Shown here piece after piece: positions 9,711-19,335 of a DNA stretch of 64,000 nucleotides (its first letter is position 1; the number at the start of each line of letters is the position of its first letter). The notes under the pieces are model-generated. The model saw nothing but the letters and a program-made list of their open reading frames with translations, had not been told where the DNA came from and made no database searches. Origin of the DNA: Candidatus Heimdallarchaeota archaeon (lineage in GTDB: Archaea; Asgardarchaeota; Heimdallarchaeia; JABLTI01). The stretch covers positions 96,001 to 160,000 of the forward strand of contig DXJV01000084.1 in the NCBI GenBank assembly GCA_019056785.1. Reading direction: 5' to 3'. The position numbers and the translations under genes are program-made.

Positions 9711-10589
9711 CTAGTCACCTCGTTCTTTCTTAATTGCTTCAAGCAAATTGATCTTTGTGTTGATATTTTTACGGGTATTTAATTCACTGATTCTCTGAAT
9801 AATAATAGAAAGAATATCATCAAAAGCAGCCTCGAGATTGTCAACATTTATAACAGGGAGATTAAAACGGCGAGCATCTTTCTCTATATATTCCTGAATG
9901 ATCAAATACTGCTCTTGTTGAGCCAATAAGCGATCACCGGCACTTCGTAAGTGAGAAAAATATTCACGTTTAATAATTCTTTCATTGTATTTAGTTAAAT
10001 CAGTTATAACGAGCAGCAAGGGAATAATGCTTGGGTGAGTTAAAATATTTTTATCAAATTGCGAAGGATGAAAATGCAAATACTCTACGATCATACTTTC
10101 GCCATCTCGCAAGCCACGGTCCGTTATAACGCGTTGAACAGCTTTGTTCATGATCAATGATTGGGCCTGATATCCTTTGATGATCGTCACTTTTCTTTTT
10201 TCGCCGAAAATTTTCCAGGTGTTATATACGCTGGTGAAAAAGGCCTCATTTCCTTCCCGGGGGAGGATAGTACGAAGGGAAGATCTAAGAGCATCACCGC
10301 CCAAGACAATGCCAATATTAAGAGCTGCGGATAATTCCTTGGCAATTGTGGTTTTACCTACGCCTGGAATACCAGAGATAATAATAATAATTGGGAGTTT
10401 CTGTTGCCCACTTTTTACAAGAGAGTAATAGTCGGCAATAGTTCGATAGCGGAAAAAGTATTTCTCTCCATGCTGTAATAGCTTTTCCTCGAGTTCTTCT
10501 TCTGACCGAGAACCGTCGATGATGGAACTTATTGTACGTAAAGATAACCCTGTAGCAAGTAATGATGACAATTTATCCCAGAAGATCAT
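9711..10589 (-). CDS. mevalonate-3-phosphate 5-kinase (2-phosphoglycerate kinase family, Ta0762 type)
   Basis: GIPGVGKT P-loop, IVLGGD, SVYNTW, IIKGY, FHP, SH..S.G.RL; 2 bp from the M3K gene. Confidence 0.72.
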   Translation of the reverse strand: MIFWDKLSSLLATGLSLRTISSIIDGSRSEEELEEKLLQHGEKYFFRYRTIADYYSLVKSGQQKLPIIIIISGIPGVGKTTIAKELSAALNIGIVLGGDALRSSLRTILPREGNEAFFTSVYNTWKIFGEKRKVTIIKGYQAQSLIMNKAVQRVITDRGLRDGESMIVEYLHFHPSQFDKNILTHPSIIPLLLVITDLTKYNERIIKREYFSHLRSAGDRLLAQQEQYLIIQEYIEKDARRFNLPVINVDNLEAAFDDILSIIIQRISELNTRKNINTKINLLEAIKKERGD

Positions 10590-10761
10590 GCTAGGTCCTC
10601 AACCAATAATTCATTGCTCTGTTGTCATTTGTACCTTTCAAGATATTAATCTTAACCTTATTTTTCATTAAAAGAGGAAGATTTTTAATTGGGAAACTTT
10701 GGAAAAGAAGCTAGAAAATACAAATCATTTATGAAATTGTTGGTTTAATTAAGAGGAATGA

Positions 10762-11214
10762 TTGAAGATGTCTTTGCAACAAGAAGTAACACAAGCAGAA
10801 TTACGAAAATTTAAATTCATGGGTCTTACCTTTAATGAACTCCAGGAATTGTCAATGGATGAATTTATCAAAATGCTCCCTGCACGAAAGAGAAGGAGCA
10901 TCACCCGCCCATCCTATTGGACAGATCGACGGAAAAAACTGCTTGAGGACATTCGAAAACAAGTGAAAATGATTAAGGCGGGAAATAAAAAAGTTAAGCC
11001 AATCCGCACACATCTAAGAGATATGGTTATTTTACCAGAAATGGTTCATGCAAAAGTTGCTGTTCATAATGGAAAAGACTTTATTGAATTTATTATTCAC
11101 CCAGAACAAATTGGGCACATTTTTGGCGAGTTTGCTTTAACGACCAAACTTGTTCGACACGGAAGCCCCGGAATGGGTGCAACAAAATCAAGCCTTTACA
11201 TCCCATTGAAGTGA
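10762..11214 (+). CDS. rps19p: 30S ribosomal protein S19 (uS19)
   Basis: IRTHLRDMVILPEMV, VHNGK, GHIFGEFALT, HGSPGMGAT.SS. Confidence 0.95.
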   Translation: MKMSLQQEVTQAELRKFKFMGLTFNELQELSMDEFIKMLPARKRRSITRPSYWTDRRKKLLEDIRKQVKMIKAGNKKVKPIRTHLRDMVILPEMVHAKVAVHNGKDFIEFIIHPEQIGHIFGEFALTTKLVRHGSPGMGATKSSLYIPLK

Positions 11215-11357
11215 GCAAATCCTTCATGGGGTATTCCTACCATTTCTTTTTTTTCTAAAAGACCTCTTGTCTAATCCATTAACCTTTTATCTGTTTTCTC
11301 CTTATAAAATTAATAGTAATTTAGACAGACTTTGTTGGCATCTATCGAGGTTAGAAA

Positions 11358-11759
11358 TTGTCACGATTTAAACTACCGATAATAAAAGACAAGCGCGCTC
11401 AAAAAGGGCTCAGAAAACAGATCATAAATATTTTTAGTATTGATGTTACAGAATTAGGGCCTGAAGTGGAGATTATTGCCTCACCCTATACAAGCGATTG
11501 CATTTTTAATGAACGAGAGATTTCCATTCTTTTTACGATAGTAACTATGCTTGAAGTCAAGGAAATGATTCTTGGCGAATTAAAATTGTTATTCGAAATT
11601 TACGACAGCGTTATGAAAGATGGCAGGCCAGCAAAAAAAGTCATCGTAACAGTGTGTGGAGAGGAAGCAAATAGCGGTTCTGTTAGAGCATTTGTTCGAA
11701 ATATCATTCATAGCTCAGAAATTGCCTTAAAAAACCTGGAAAATCTTGCAGAAAGATGA
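11358..11759 (+). CDS. hypothetical protein
   Basis: 133-aa ORF with GAGG ribosome-binding-like site before TTG; lies between two r-protein genes. Confidence 0.6.
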   Translation: MSRFKLPIIKDKRAQKGLRKQIINIFSIDVTELGPEVEIIASPYTSDCIFNEREISILFTIVTMLEVKEMILGELKLLFEIYDSVMKDGRPAKKVIVTVCGEEANSGSVRAFVRNIIHSSEIALKNLENLAER

Positions 11760-11913
11760 GAAAAAAGAGTGTACCAAAAAATTAAAAATTCAATGAAAAA
11801 GTCTGTTGAGAAAGAAAAAACTCAACAAAAGAGTTTTAAACAAATCAAAAGCGATTTCCAATAAAGAATCACTTATTGATTGTAAAATATTTGAAAATTA
11901 GAGGTATAGAACA

Positions 11914-12594
11914 TTGTCAATAGATGTTGAACAAATAACTGAAGAGCTCTTAATTGGTCTAGATGAATATTTAGCTGCAGGTGTCCATATAGGCACCAGA
12001 ATAGGCACAAAATCAATGAAAGACTTCATCTACCTTGTTCGAAGTGATGGGTTGTATGTGTTGGATGTACGAGCAACAGATGAGCGAATTCGAATTGTAG
12101 CCAAATTTCTAGCAAGGTATGAACCAAACCAGATAGCTGTTTTCTCTTCAAGACAATATGGCCAGGTACCGGCAAGCAAACTGGCTAAAACATGTGGGTT
12201 CCTGAGTGTCCCAGGGAGATTTATCCCGGGAACTTTGACAAACCCTGAATTCACAGGCTTTATTGAGCCCGAAGTAATTCTTGTAACCGATCCCCGAGCA
12301 GACAAACAAGCCATTAAAGAAGCAAATAAAGTTGGTATCACTGTAGTCGCCATGTGTGACACAGATAATGAACTAAAAGGGGTAGATTTAAGCATACCAA
12401 CAAACAATAAAGGACGAAAAGCCTTAGCGCTTGTTTATTGGTTGCTAGCACGTGAAATAAAACGAGCTCGAGGAGAAATTCCCCCAGGTGGCACTATTCC
12501 AGAGACGGTGGAAGAATTTACCTTCAAAGTGCTTCCAAGCAGCATGCAAATTGCTGCTGAAGAAGAGCTCCCAGAACCAACAGAAGAAGGCTAA
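11914..12594 (+). CDS. rps2p: 30S ribosomal protein S2 (uS2)
   Basis: [41 protein letters not shown]. Confidence 0.96.
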   Translation: MSIDVEQITEELLIGLDEYLAAGVHIGTRIGTKSMKDFIYLVRSDGLYVLDVRATDERIRIVAKFLARYEPNQIAVFSSRQYGQVPASKLAKTCGFLSVPGRFIPGTLTNPEFTGFIEPEVILVTDPRADKQAIKEANKVGITVVAMCDTDNELKGVDLSIPTNNKGRKALALVYWLLAREIKRARGEIPPGGTIPETVEEFTFKVLPSSMQIAAEEELPEPTEEG

Positions 12595-12668
12595 TTCTAA
12601 TTCATTTTCCTGGCTCTACTGCGAAACTGTACCTCTATTTTCTTCTCTTCTGTACTTTTAACAATTTT

Positions 12669-13784
12669 TTAGCCATACCAATTTGGGTTTATCCAGCCCC
12701 AACCAGTATAACCACTTAACGCAAGAACCCCCCAAACTCCAAAAGCAAGAAGAAGACCTAAACCAATTGAAAGCGGTAAACCGGGCATTAATTTTACTCT
12801 ATCAAGAAGCTTTATTGTAAAAATTGCGCCGATAATAACACCAATAAAAGCCGCGATGGCAGAGAACACCCCTAATTTGATAAGAGCAAAACTGAATAAC
12901 ATGCCAAAAAATGCAAGGTCACCTAAACCCAATTCTACAAATTCCGCATAGTAATATTCTTCTTGTTCGACGCTCCGAGCAGTTGTAGCTGTTGGTTCTT
13001 GAATAGAATTAGTTGTCGCGTTAACTTCTTCAGTAGTTTCTTCACTTACAATAGGTTCTACAGGAGCAGCACCTTCTTCTATTGTTGAATTTTTTGAGGG
13101 AGGAGCAGTATTATTGCTAAGACGCCTTTCCTCGCTGATTTCGGCCATCTTTTTAATTGGACCCTTAAAAACGGAAATTATATCATAAATACTAAGGCCA
13201 ATCATTACAAGCACAGCACCTAATGTCGGCAAGAAGGTTGCAAGAAATGTTCCAGAAAGAACTGCAAATAACATAGCTGTAATTTGTGGGAAAGGTTGAG
13301 GAGTTAATTTGAAAACCATCGAAATGACTGTAAAAATCGAGAACACAAGACCGGCAAGAAGTGCTAAAACTAAGATGATAATTTCAGTTCGCGGTTGAAA
13401 GTAGGTATAAATTGTATATTCTTCAAGAATGTAATAGGGAATGGTGTAAATAAAGAGAAAGACAAAGAAGAAGGTAGTTACCAGTATTGAAAAGGCAAAA
13501 ATAATTTTCAAAATAATAATTTTATTGTATTTAAAAATAAGAAAAATAAGAAAAGCGCCCACAAAAGCAATACTAATGAAAAAGGCAGCTGTTGCAAAGG
13601 GATTCTTCCAAGGAGTCGCTAAAGGAGGACCTTCACCCCCACCCGCACTGGTGAAAAAATATCCATAAAGAAAGAAACTACAAATGCCACTAAGAAGGGA
13701 TCCTGTAAGAATTGTCAACGCCAGCGAAAAGAATTTTTTACGCACCGTGATACTAAAAGTTCCTAGCTGTTCAGCAAAGCTCAT
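12669..13784 (-). CDS. presenilin-family (GxGD) intramembrane aspartyl protease
   Basis: ~9 TM segments; SIYDIISVFKGP; LGLGD; MPGLP (PAL-like motif). Confidence 0.9.
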   Translation of the reverse strand: MSFAEQLGTFSITVRKKFFSLALTILTGSLLSGICSFFLYGYFFTSAGGGEGPPLATPWKNPFATAAFFISIAFVGAFLIFLIFKYNKIIILKIIFAFSILVTTFFFVFLFIYTIPYYILEEYTIYTYFQPRTEIIILVLALLAGLVFSIFTVISMVFKLTPQPFPQITAMLFAVLSGTFLATFLPTLGAVLVMIGLSIYDIISVFKGPIKKMAEISEERRLSNNTAPPSKNSTIEEGAAPVEPIVSEETTEEVNATTNSIQEPTATTARSVEQEEYYYAEFVELGLGDLAFFGMLFSFALIKLGVFSAIAAFIGVIIGAIFTIKLLDRVKLMPGLPLSIGLGLLLAFGVWGVLALSGYTGWGWINPNWYG

Positions 13785-13894
13785 GGTCTCGTCAACTCAT
13801 TCCAAACAAATTGTTTACCTTTCAAAATGTACGCTTGCTTCTTTTGAAAAACCTTTTGACACAGAACAGAAAAAGGGAAGGAAAAAGAACCAAG

Positions 13895-14122
13895 CTATTG
13901 AGAAGCAGAATCTGGCTTTTCAGAAGTCGCCTCTTCTTTGGCGCCCGGTTTTTTAATGAAAGCAACAACCATTACGATTAGGCCAATGCCAAAAATGATA
14001 ATGCCAAACCATAAAAGCCAGTCAGACCATGCGAGTGGGACATAAAAGATAGAACCCACAATAACCATTGTTATTCCAATTACAAACATAATACCAGCAG
14101 CAATCAAAGGACCTTTTCTCAT
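13895..14122 (-). CDS. small two-TM membrane protein
   Basis: Two hydrophobic helices and a charged tail; 75 aa. Confidence 0.6.
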   Translation of the reverse strand: MRKGPLIAAGIMFVIGITMVIVGSIFYVPLAWSDWLLWFGIIIFGIGLIVMVVAFIKKPGAKEEATSEKPDSASQ

Positions 14123-14252
14123 AGAGACACTTCCTATTATTCGTGACTACCATTTAAACTTAAATTAAATATTTTATGATTGTTTTTCACCAACATGGAA
14201 ATTAAAAGATTGTGCTAAATGCCTTAAAATAAGTAAGGGAGAAAAAGTGACT

Positions 14253-16493
14253 TTAAATGCTTGGTTTGAGGAGTTTTGCTTTCTCAGGGGCTTTTTGCTT
14301 CAAAAGATCCACAGCAAAGTCAATAAAAGCAGGGTCAAAGTCTTTGAGAAGGTCTTTAATTTCTTGTTTAGATGGCATAGAATCAGGCGGAAATTGAAGC
14401 CGCTTTTCTAACCTCGCAATTTCGGCGAACATCTCATTTATTTTCTCGCGAATGAATTTCGGACGGTCCTTTGAACGCCGGCGCCACATTTGCCGTAAAA
14501 ACGTATGGATGTATTCAGAACGTTTCCCAACAGCATTCATAGCCCGAAGATTCACTTTAATTGCTCCTTTAAATAGCCTATCGGTGCCTTCTTGAGCGCC
14601 TATCATATCGAACTGCTCAAGTGCAATGTTTGCATAATTTGTTGTCCAAATCTGGGCTCGAACGGCTTTATGGGGGGCAAAAATAGCAAGTGCCTCAATA
14701 ATATGGAAAACGTTAAGAGGGTCATCCCCCATCACAACAATTGGCTCGCCAACTAACAGTGCACGAACCGCCACGTCCAATCCTTTTCGAATGTAGAAAC
14801 CTGCAATATACGCACAGTCTTTGTGAAGTCGGATTAAACGTTCGGAGAGACTCAAACCAGAATCAAGAGCAGCAAATCCAAAGGCTTTTTTTACTTCTGT
14901 AAGATAGAGCTCAGGTGAACGCCCTTCAATTTTCAAGGTATTAATATCGCGAGCAATTTTCAGAAGCATAGAAGCAAAGGTCGTTATTTCTTTGAGATAT
15001 TCTTTTGCGTTGGAAATTTTCCGGGTTTTTTTGACGAGGTTTTTCGCAAATTCCGAAGCAGAACCACCGATCACTTTGTTTTGATCCAGATCAAGGATTG
15101 TTGCCCATGAATAAAATTTCGTCAATTCTTTTGGAATGGCAATGATATCGATGTCCTTAGGATGAATAAAAGTAGAACTTTTCGTATAAAGGAGGTCTCT
15201 ATGAGGTGAGAGAAGATTCAACGTTTCAAATAAAACGTCCACTATAGGGTTTTCAAATATGGAAGGTTGACTGCTAGTGATGACAATTAAATCGCCCATA
15301 AGAAGAGCTTCGAAAATATTTTCCAGGTCTCTTTTAAAGAGCTTTTGTAAGAGAAAGGGGTCCTTATTTTTATCATTTGGTATGCGAATTTTTCCGGTAA
15401 CAAACCCTTTTTCTCGTCGCAAAGAGTTTGATGGTAAAAAGCCATTTTTTGGGATTATTATTGTCATCTGGTGATTTTTATCGATTTCAATAGCAATGGG
15501 GTCAACTTTCAATTTAATGCCTTTTGCCTCTTTCAACTGCCCTTTACTCCCTTCTACAACCACTTGTTCCGGTGCAACTGCTTTTTTATCCGGTTTTGTC
15601 GTAAGAGGTTGCCCCAGTAAAGAATCAGTTGGAGGCAACTCTTCCTCCCAGGTAGGGGGCGGCATCATTGCTAAGCGTGATTTTGTTTCAGGTTCTTTTT
15701 TCTCCGAGGGAGCAATAGAAGGACTGGTAACAACAGGTGGTGAAGTGGCAACTGGTTCCTGAGAAGGAGAAGAAACTTCAGCTGGACGTTTCTGAAAGGT
15801 AATGCGTTGTTTTTCGACAGAAGGTTTATGAGTTGCAAATGATTTTGGCGCCCCTTCTTCTCCAAAAGGTTTGACAGAATAGTAAACTCTATTGGAAATA
15901 GTAGTTTTGTAAAGATAACCATAGCGGTAGATATCATTTAGCTGGCTTGCAACTTCCTCTGGGGTTAAACCTGTTACTTGTGAAATCATATCCGGCGTAA
16001 CAACTTGCATTTTTACGAGGACCAAAGCAACCATTTGCAATTCGGATGGAAGATTCAAAACCTCAAAAGCATCTAGTTCCTTTCTTGAGCTCGTCGGACC
16101 GATTTTTCGCTGCTCAAAAGCTTTAACCACATCAATTATGGACTTGTCGATCACCCGAAATTTTTGGATGTCTTTTTGCTCAAAAGTTTGGATCGATTGC
16201 AAATCAAACATAGAGAAAAAGACATTTTCTAGCTCCGGAAACAAAATAGAGGGAATACTGATTTCTTCTAAATCCGCCCCGACAACAAACAAGACATTAT
16301 TATTATAATGATAATAATATTTGATTCCTTCAAAAATAATATCATGAACTTTTTCGGCATAGTTTGTAAGAGGGCTTGTTAACCATCCATAAAACTTTTC
16401 AAGACGCAAGCGCTCTTCTTCGTTGGTCATTTTTATAAAACGAATGCCTGCAACAGGGATGTCATTAATTATTATCCATACGAATTGAATCAT
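14253..16493 (-). CDS. longin-like + wHTH + tandem cDENN-like domain protein
   Basis: N-terminal longin-like strand pattern (YYYHYNNNVLFVVGAD); HTH (TPDMISQVTGLT..L..YGYL); two ALL(M/V)G(D/E)xIV repeats. Confidence 0.6.
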   Translation of the reverse strand: MIQFVWIIINDIPVAGIRFIKMTNEEERLRLEKFYGWLTSPLTNYAEKVHDIIFEGIKYYYHYNNNVLFVVGADLEEISIPSILFPELENVFFSMFDLQSIQTFEQKDIQKFRVIDKSIIDVVKAFEQRKIGPTSSRKELDAFEVLNLPSELQMVALVLVKMQVVTPDMISQVTGLTPEEVASQLNDIYRYGYLYKTTISNRVYYSVKPFGEEGAPKSFATHKPSVEKQRITFQKRPAEVSSPSQEPVATSPPVVTSPSIAPSEKKEPETKSRLAMMPPPTWEEELPPTDSLLGQPLTTKPDKKAVAPEQVVVEGSKGQLKEAKGIKLKVDPIAIEIDKNHQMTIIIPKNGFLPSNSLRREKGFVTGKIRIPNDKNKDPFLLQKLFKRDLENIFEALLMGDLIVITSSQPSIFENPIVDVLFETLNLLSPHRDLLYTKSSTFIHPKDIDIIAIPKELTKFYSWATILDLDQNKVIGGSASEFAKNLVKKTRKISNAKEYLKEITTFASMLLKIARDINTLKIEGRSPELYLTEVKKAFGFAALDSGLSLSERLIRLHKDCAYIAGFYIRKGLDVAVRALLVGEPIVVMGDDPLNVFHIIEALAIFAPHKAVRAQIWTTNYANIALEQFDMIGAQEGTDRLFKGAIKVNLRAMNAVGKRSEYIHTFLRQMWRRRSKDRPKFIREKINEMFAEIARLEKRLQFPPDSMPSKQEIKDLLKDFDPAFIDFAVDLLKQKAPEKAKLLKPSI

Positions 16494-16714
16494 CTAAATC
16501 GTTCCTTTGAGACCCGTTTATTCTCTCTTTTAGTAGCGTTTACCATTAATATATTTAGCATTCACCACTACTTATTTGTTCTTCTCTAACTTATTCTTAG
16601 TGTTGTTCTTTTTTTAGCTTTGTGAAATAGTACTAAAATGATTTGCAGGGAGTGAAAAAAGTTTTAAGAGGTTTTTTAGAGGGAGGTTTGGCTCCGGGTG
16701 GAAGCTATCAGTAG

Positions 16715-18562
16715 TTAATAACCCCAATATTTGTTATCCTCACTTAAACTTCGCTTGAGTTGTATCAAGGCTTCTAAAGCTTCTTGCTCATCAGTTGTTA
16801 ACTCATCGTAAAATTTTTCTTTGATACGTCGAACCAAGCTCTCTGGAAGATCGACAAATAATTCCATATCCTCAGTTATTTGCCGCCCAACTGTAGGGCC
16901 ACGAATGGAAATGGCAACTTGCTTTCCCTTCCGAGCTTCTTGGATACTTTGATTGTTCTCCTGGATTTGCTGAATGTACCCACACTTTTTACCATCAGTC
17001 CCTCGAATAATAGGGGCACGAGGGGTGATCCGCCCTGCCAACACTTCCACACCAACAATGGCTGGTTTGCTCTGTCTGAAAACCATGCCAGGGAGAATTT
17101 TGAATTTTCCAGGAAAAATGAGGTCCTTCAAGCTTTCGGCTTTTAATCGATTCTCAGTTTCAATTTTCCAATGCTCATATTCATCAAGTAAAGTATAAAT
17201 AATATCACTTTGGAAAAAGGGGATGGCATTAACTTCCAATTCTTCCTGCGCATCCGGCAAAATCCCGACATTAAAAGCCACAATTGCCGCTAGAGCGGGG
17301 GTGCTTTCTTTAACAATAATTGCATCCATTACATTTCCTTTATTGACATCCCCAATATCAGCAATCTTAATGGGGATATTTCGTTCTTTGAATTCTTTAA
17401 CCAAAGCTTCAAGAGCACCCAAAGTATCTGCTTTTAAGATAATACCTTCTTTATCAGTTTCAATTTTAATCCCACTAATTTCTTGTTCAATTAAGGAACG
17501 AGCATTGCTAATTTCTTCCGGGGTATTGGCGACCATTACAGGAGCACCAGCCAAAGCATCATTTAAACCTGAACCTACAATCTTAATGCCTGCAGCAGCA
17601 TGCACCATTTCAACAGAATTGAACTTCTCACGAGGGTCTCGAATTTCATCCAGAGGTTTGGGAGAGAGAAGGGCGCGAATTTTTGCCTCGGCAGCACCAT
17701 TTTTTGCCCCGAAAACAATATGATCATTTTTTGAGAAAGTACCTTTGTGAACGATGACATTTAAAGTCGTTCCCATACCAGCTTCTTCTGTAACCTCGAG
17801 GATAGTTCCTACTCCAGGCCCCTCACTGTAAACGAGCTTCTTCATTAAGAATTGTTGAGCTAAACCTGAAAGTACAAGGAATAAATCTTGAATACCCTCC
17901 CGTGTTTTTGCACTGGTCGGAACAATAGCCACATTTTCAGTATAATTTCTAATACGATCGTATCGATCAGAAGGATACTTCAATTTGGAAAGTTCACCCA
18001 TTAATTCATAGATATACTTATCAAGGGCAGTTTGAGTATCCACAGTTTGCAATTTTATCGATTCCATAAACGGTTTGCCTTCTTGCTTCTTCCAACCAGG
18101 AACACGGTCGATTTTATTAGCGGCAATAAGGAAGGGGATTTTCCGTTGCTTCAAGAGTCTTAGAGACTCAAAAGTTTGCGGTTGAAAACCTGAAAGAACA
18201 TCTACAACAACAATTGCAATATCTGCAACTGATGCGCCACGGGTACGGAGGTTAAGAAAGGCAGCATGACCGGGTGTATCGACAATTAAAATGCCGGGTA
18301 TTTTTAATTTAATTGATCCTTTGCCCATCAGTGGCCCACAAATCTCATTGATAGTTTCAATGGGAAAATAAGAAGCACCAATTTGTTGCGTGATTCCCCC
18401 GGCTTCTCGAGCTTGGACAGCTGTCCCACGGACGGCATCAAGAATGGAGGTTTTCCCATGGTCTATATGCCCTAAAATTACCGCAATTGGTGCTTTGACG
18501 CGCTTTGTTTCCGCAACAACCGTCTTTTCGCTTTTTTGTGAATCTTGTTTTTTTTCTGCCAT
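16715..18562 (-). CDS. infB: translation initiation factor aIF5B (IF-2)
   Basis: GHIDHGKT, REAGGITQ, DTPGH, NKID, KADTLGALEAL; start moved to MAEKK (GGAGG upstream). Confidence 0.96.
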   Translation of the reverse strand: MAEKKQDSQKSEKTVVAETKRVKAPIAVILGHIDHGKTSILDAVRGTAVQAREAGGITQQIGASYFPIETINEICGPLMGKGSIKLKIPGILIVDTPGHAAFLNLRTRGASVADIAIVVVDVLSGFQPQTFESLRLLKQRKIPFLIAANKIDRVPGWKKQEGKPFMESIKLQTVDTQTALDKYIYELMGELSKLKYPSDRYDRIRNYTENVAIVPTSAKTREGIQDLFLVLSGLAQQFLMKKLVYSEGPGVGTILEVTEEAGMGTTLNVIVHKGTFSKNDHIVFGAKNGAAEAKIRALLSPKPLDEIRDPREKFNSVEMVHAAAGIKIVGSGLNDALAGAPVMVANTPEEISNARSLIEQEISGIKIETDKEGIILKADTLGALEALVKEFKERNIPIKIADIGDVNKGNVMDAIIVKESTPALAAIVAFNVGILPDAQEELEVNAIPFFQSDIIYTLLDEYEHWKIETENRLKAESLKDLIFPGKFKILPGMVFRQSKPAIVGVEVLAGRITPRAPIIRGTDGKKCGYIQQIQENNQSIQEARKGKQVAISIRGPTVGRQITEDMELFVDLPESLVRRIKEKFYDELTTDEQEALEALIQLKRSLSEDNKYWGY

Positions 18563-18604
18563 TTTAAAAAACCTCCAAGAGTGCAAGCCACTTTTTACTG
18601 TAGC

Positions 18605-19063
18605 TCATTCATAGATCCATTCTTCATCGATCATTTTATGCTTGACGAGTTCAGTTTCTTTGAAATAAATGGAATATTCGATTTTTGCATTTTCAGGTGA
18701 ATCTGCCGCATGAACAATGTTTCGCCCGATTACCATCCCGAAGTCGCCGCGAATGGTTCCCACCTCAGCATCCATTGGATTTGTCGCGCCAGCGATCTTT
18801 CGCATACGTTTCACAGCATTTTCGCCTTCGACCACCATTGCTACAACGGGACCACTCGAGATAAATTTGATTAAGCCATCATAAAAAGGCTTCCCCTTAT
18901 GCACAGCGTAGTGTTTTTCTGCCATTGCGCGGGTTAATTGAAGCATTTTCATTGCAACAATACGCAAACCGGCTTTCTCTATACGGGAAATCACTTCACC
19001 TATTAGCCGTCGTTTCACACCATCTGGTTTAACCATGACAAACGTTCGTTCATTTATAATCAT
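18605..19063 (-). CDS. ndk: nucleoside diphosphate kinase
   Basis: ERTFVMVKPDGV, GTIRGDF, NIVHAADS; start moved to MIINE. Confidence 0.96.
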   Translation of the reverse strand: MIINERTFVMVKPDGVKRRLIGEVISRIEKAGLRIVAMKMLQLTRAMAEKHYAVHKGKPFYDGLIKFISSGPVVAMVVEGENAVKRMRKIAGATNPMDAEVGTIRGDFGMVIGRNIVHAADSPENAKIEYSIYFKETELVKHKMIDEEWIYE

Positions 19064-19335
19064 TTTTTTAAACTCCAAGGATAGTCTATTGACTAATTCA
19101 AACATTCCCAGCAGCAGTGAATGGGTGATAACCACATCATTACACATGGGTTTAAACTGTCAACCCTGAAATTTGCCGGGCAATTTAAAGCCAGCCGACT
19201 TTTTGGGTGTTTGAAAAAAGAGTTCATTAGCTTTTATATTTATCCTTTCTTTATAATAATTAATAAAAAACAACAAAGAAAAAGAAAAGAAAAAGAAGAG
19301 GGATTTACGATAATGCTTAAGAAACGGTTTTCTAT

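Noticed and set aside
16678-16714. G-rich stretch after infB resembling a tRNA fragment
   Set aside because: No cloverleaf or TTCGA T-loop context.
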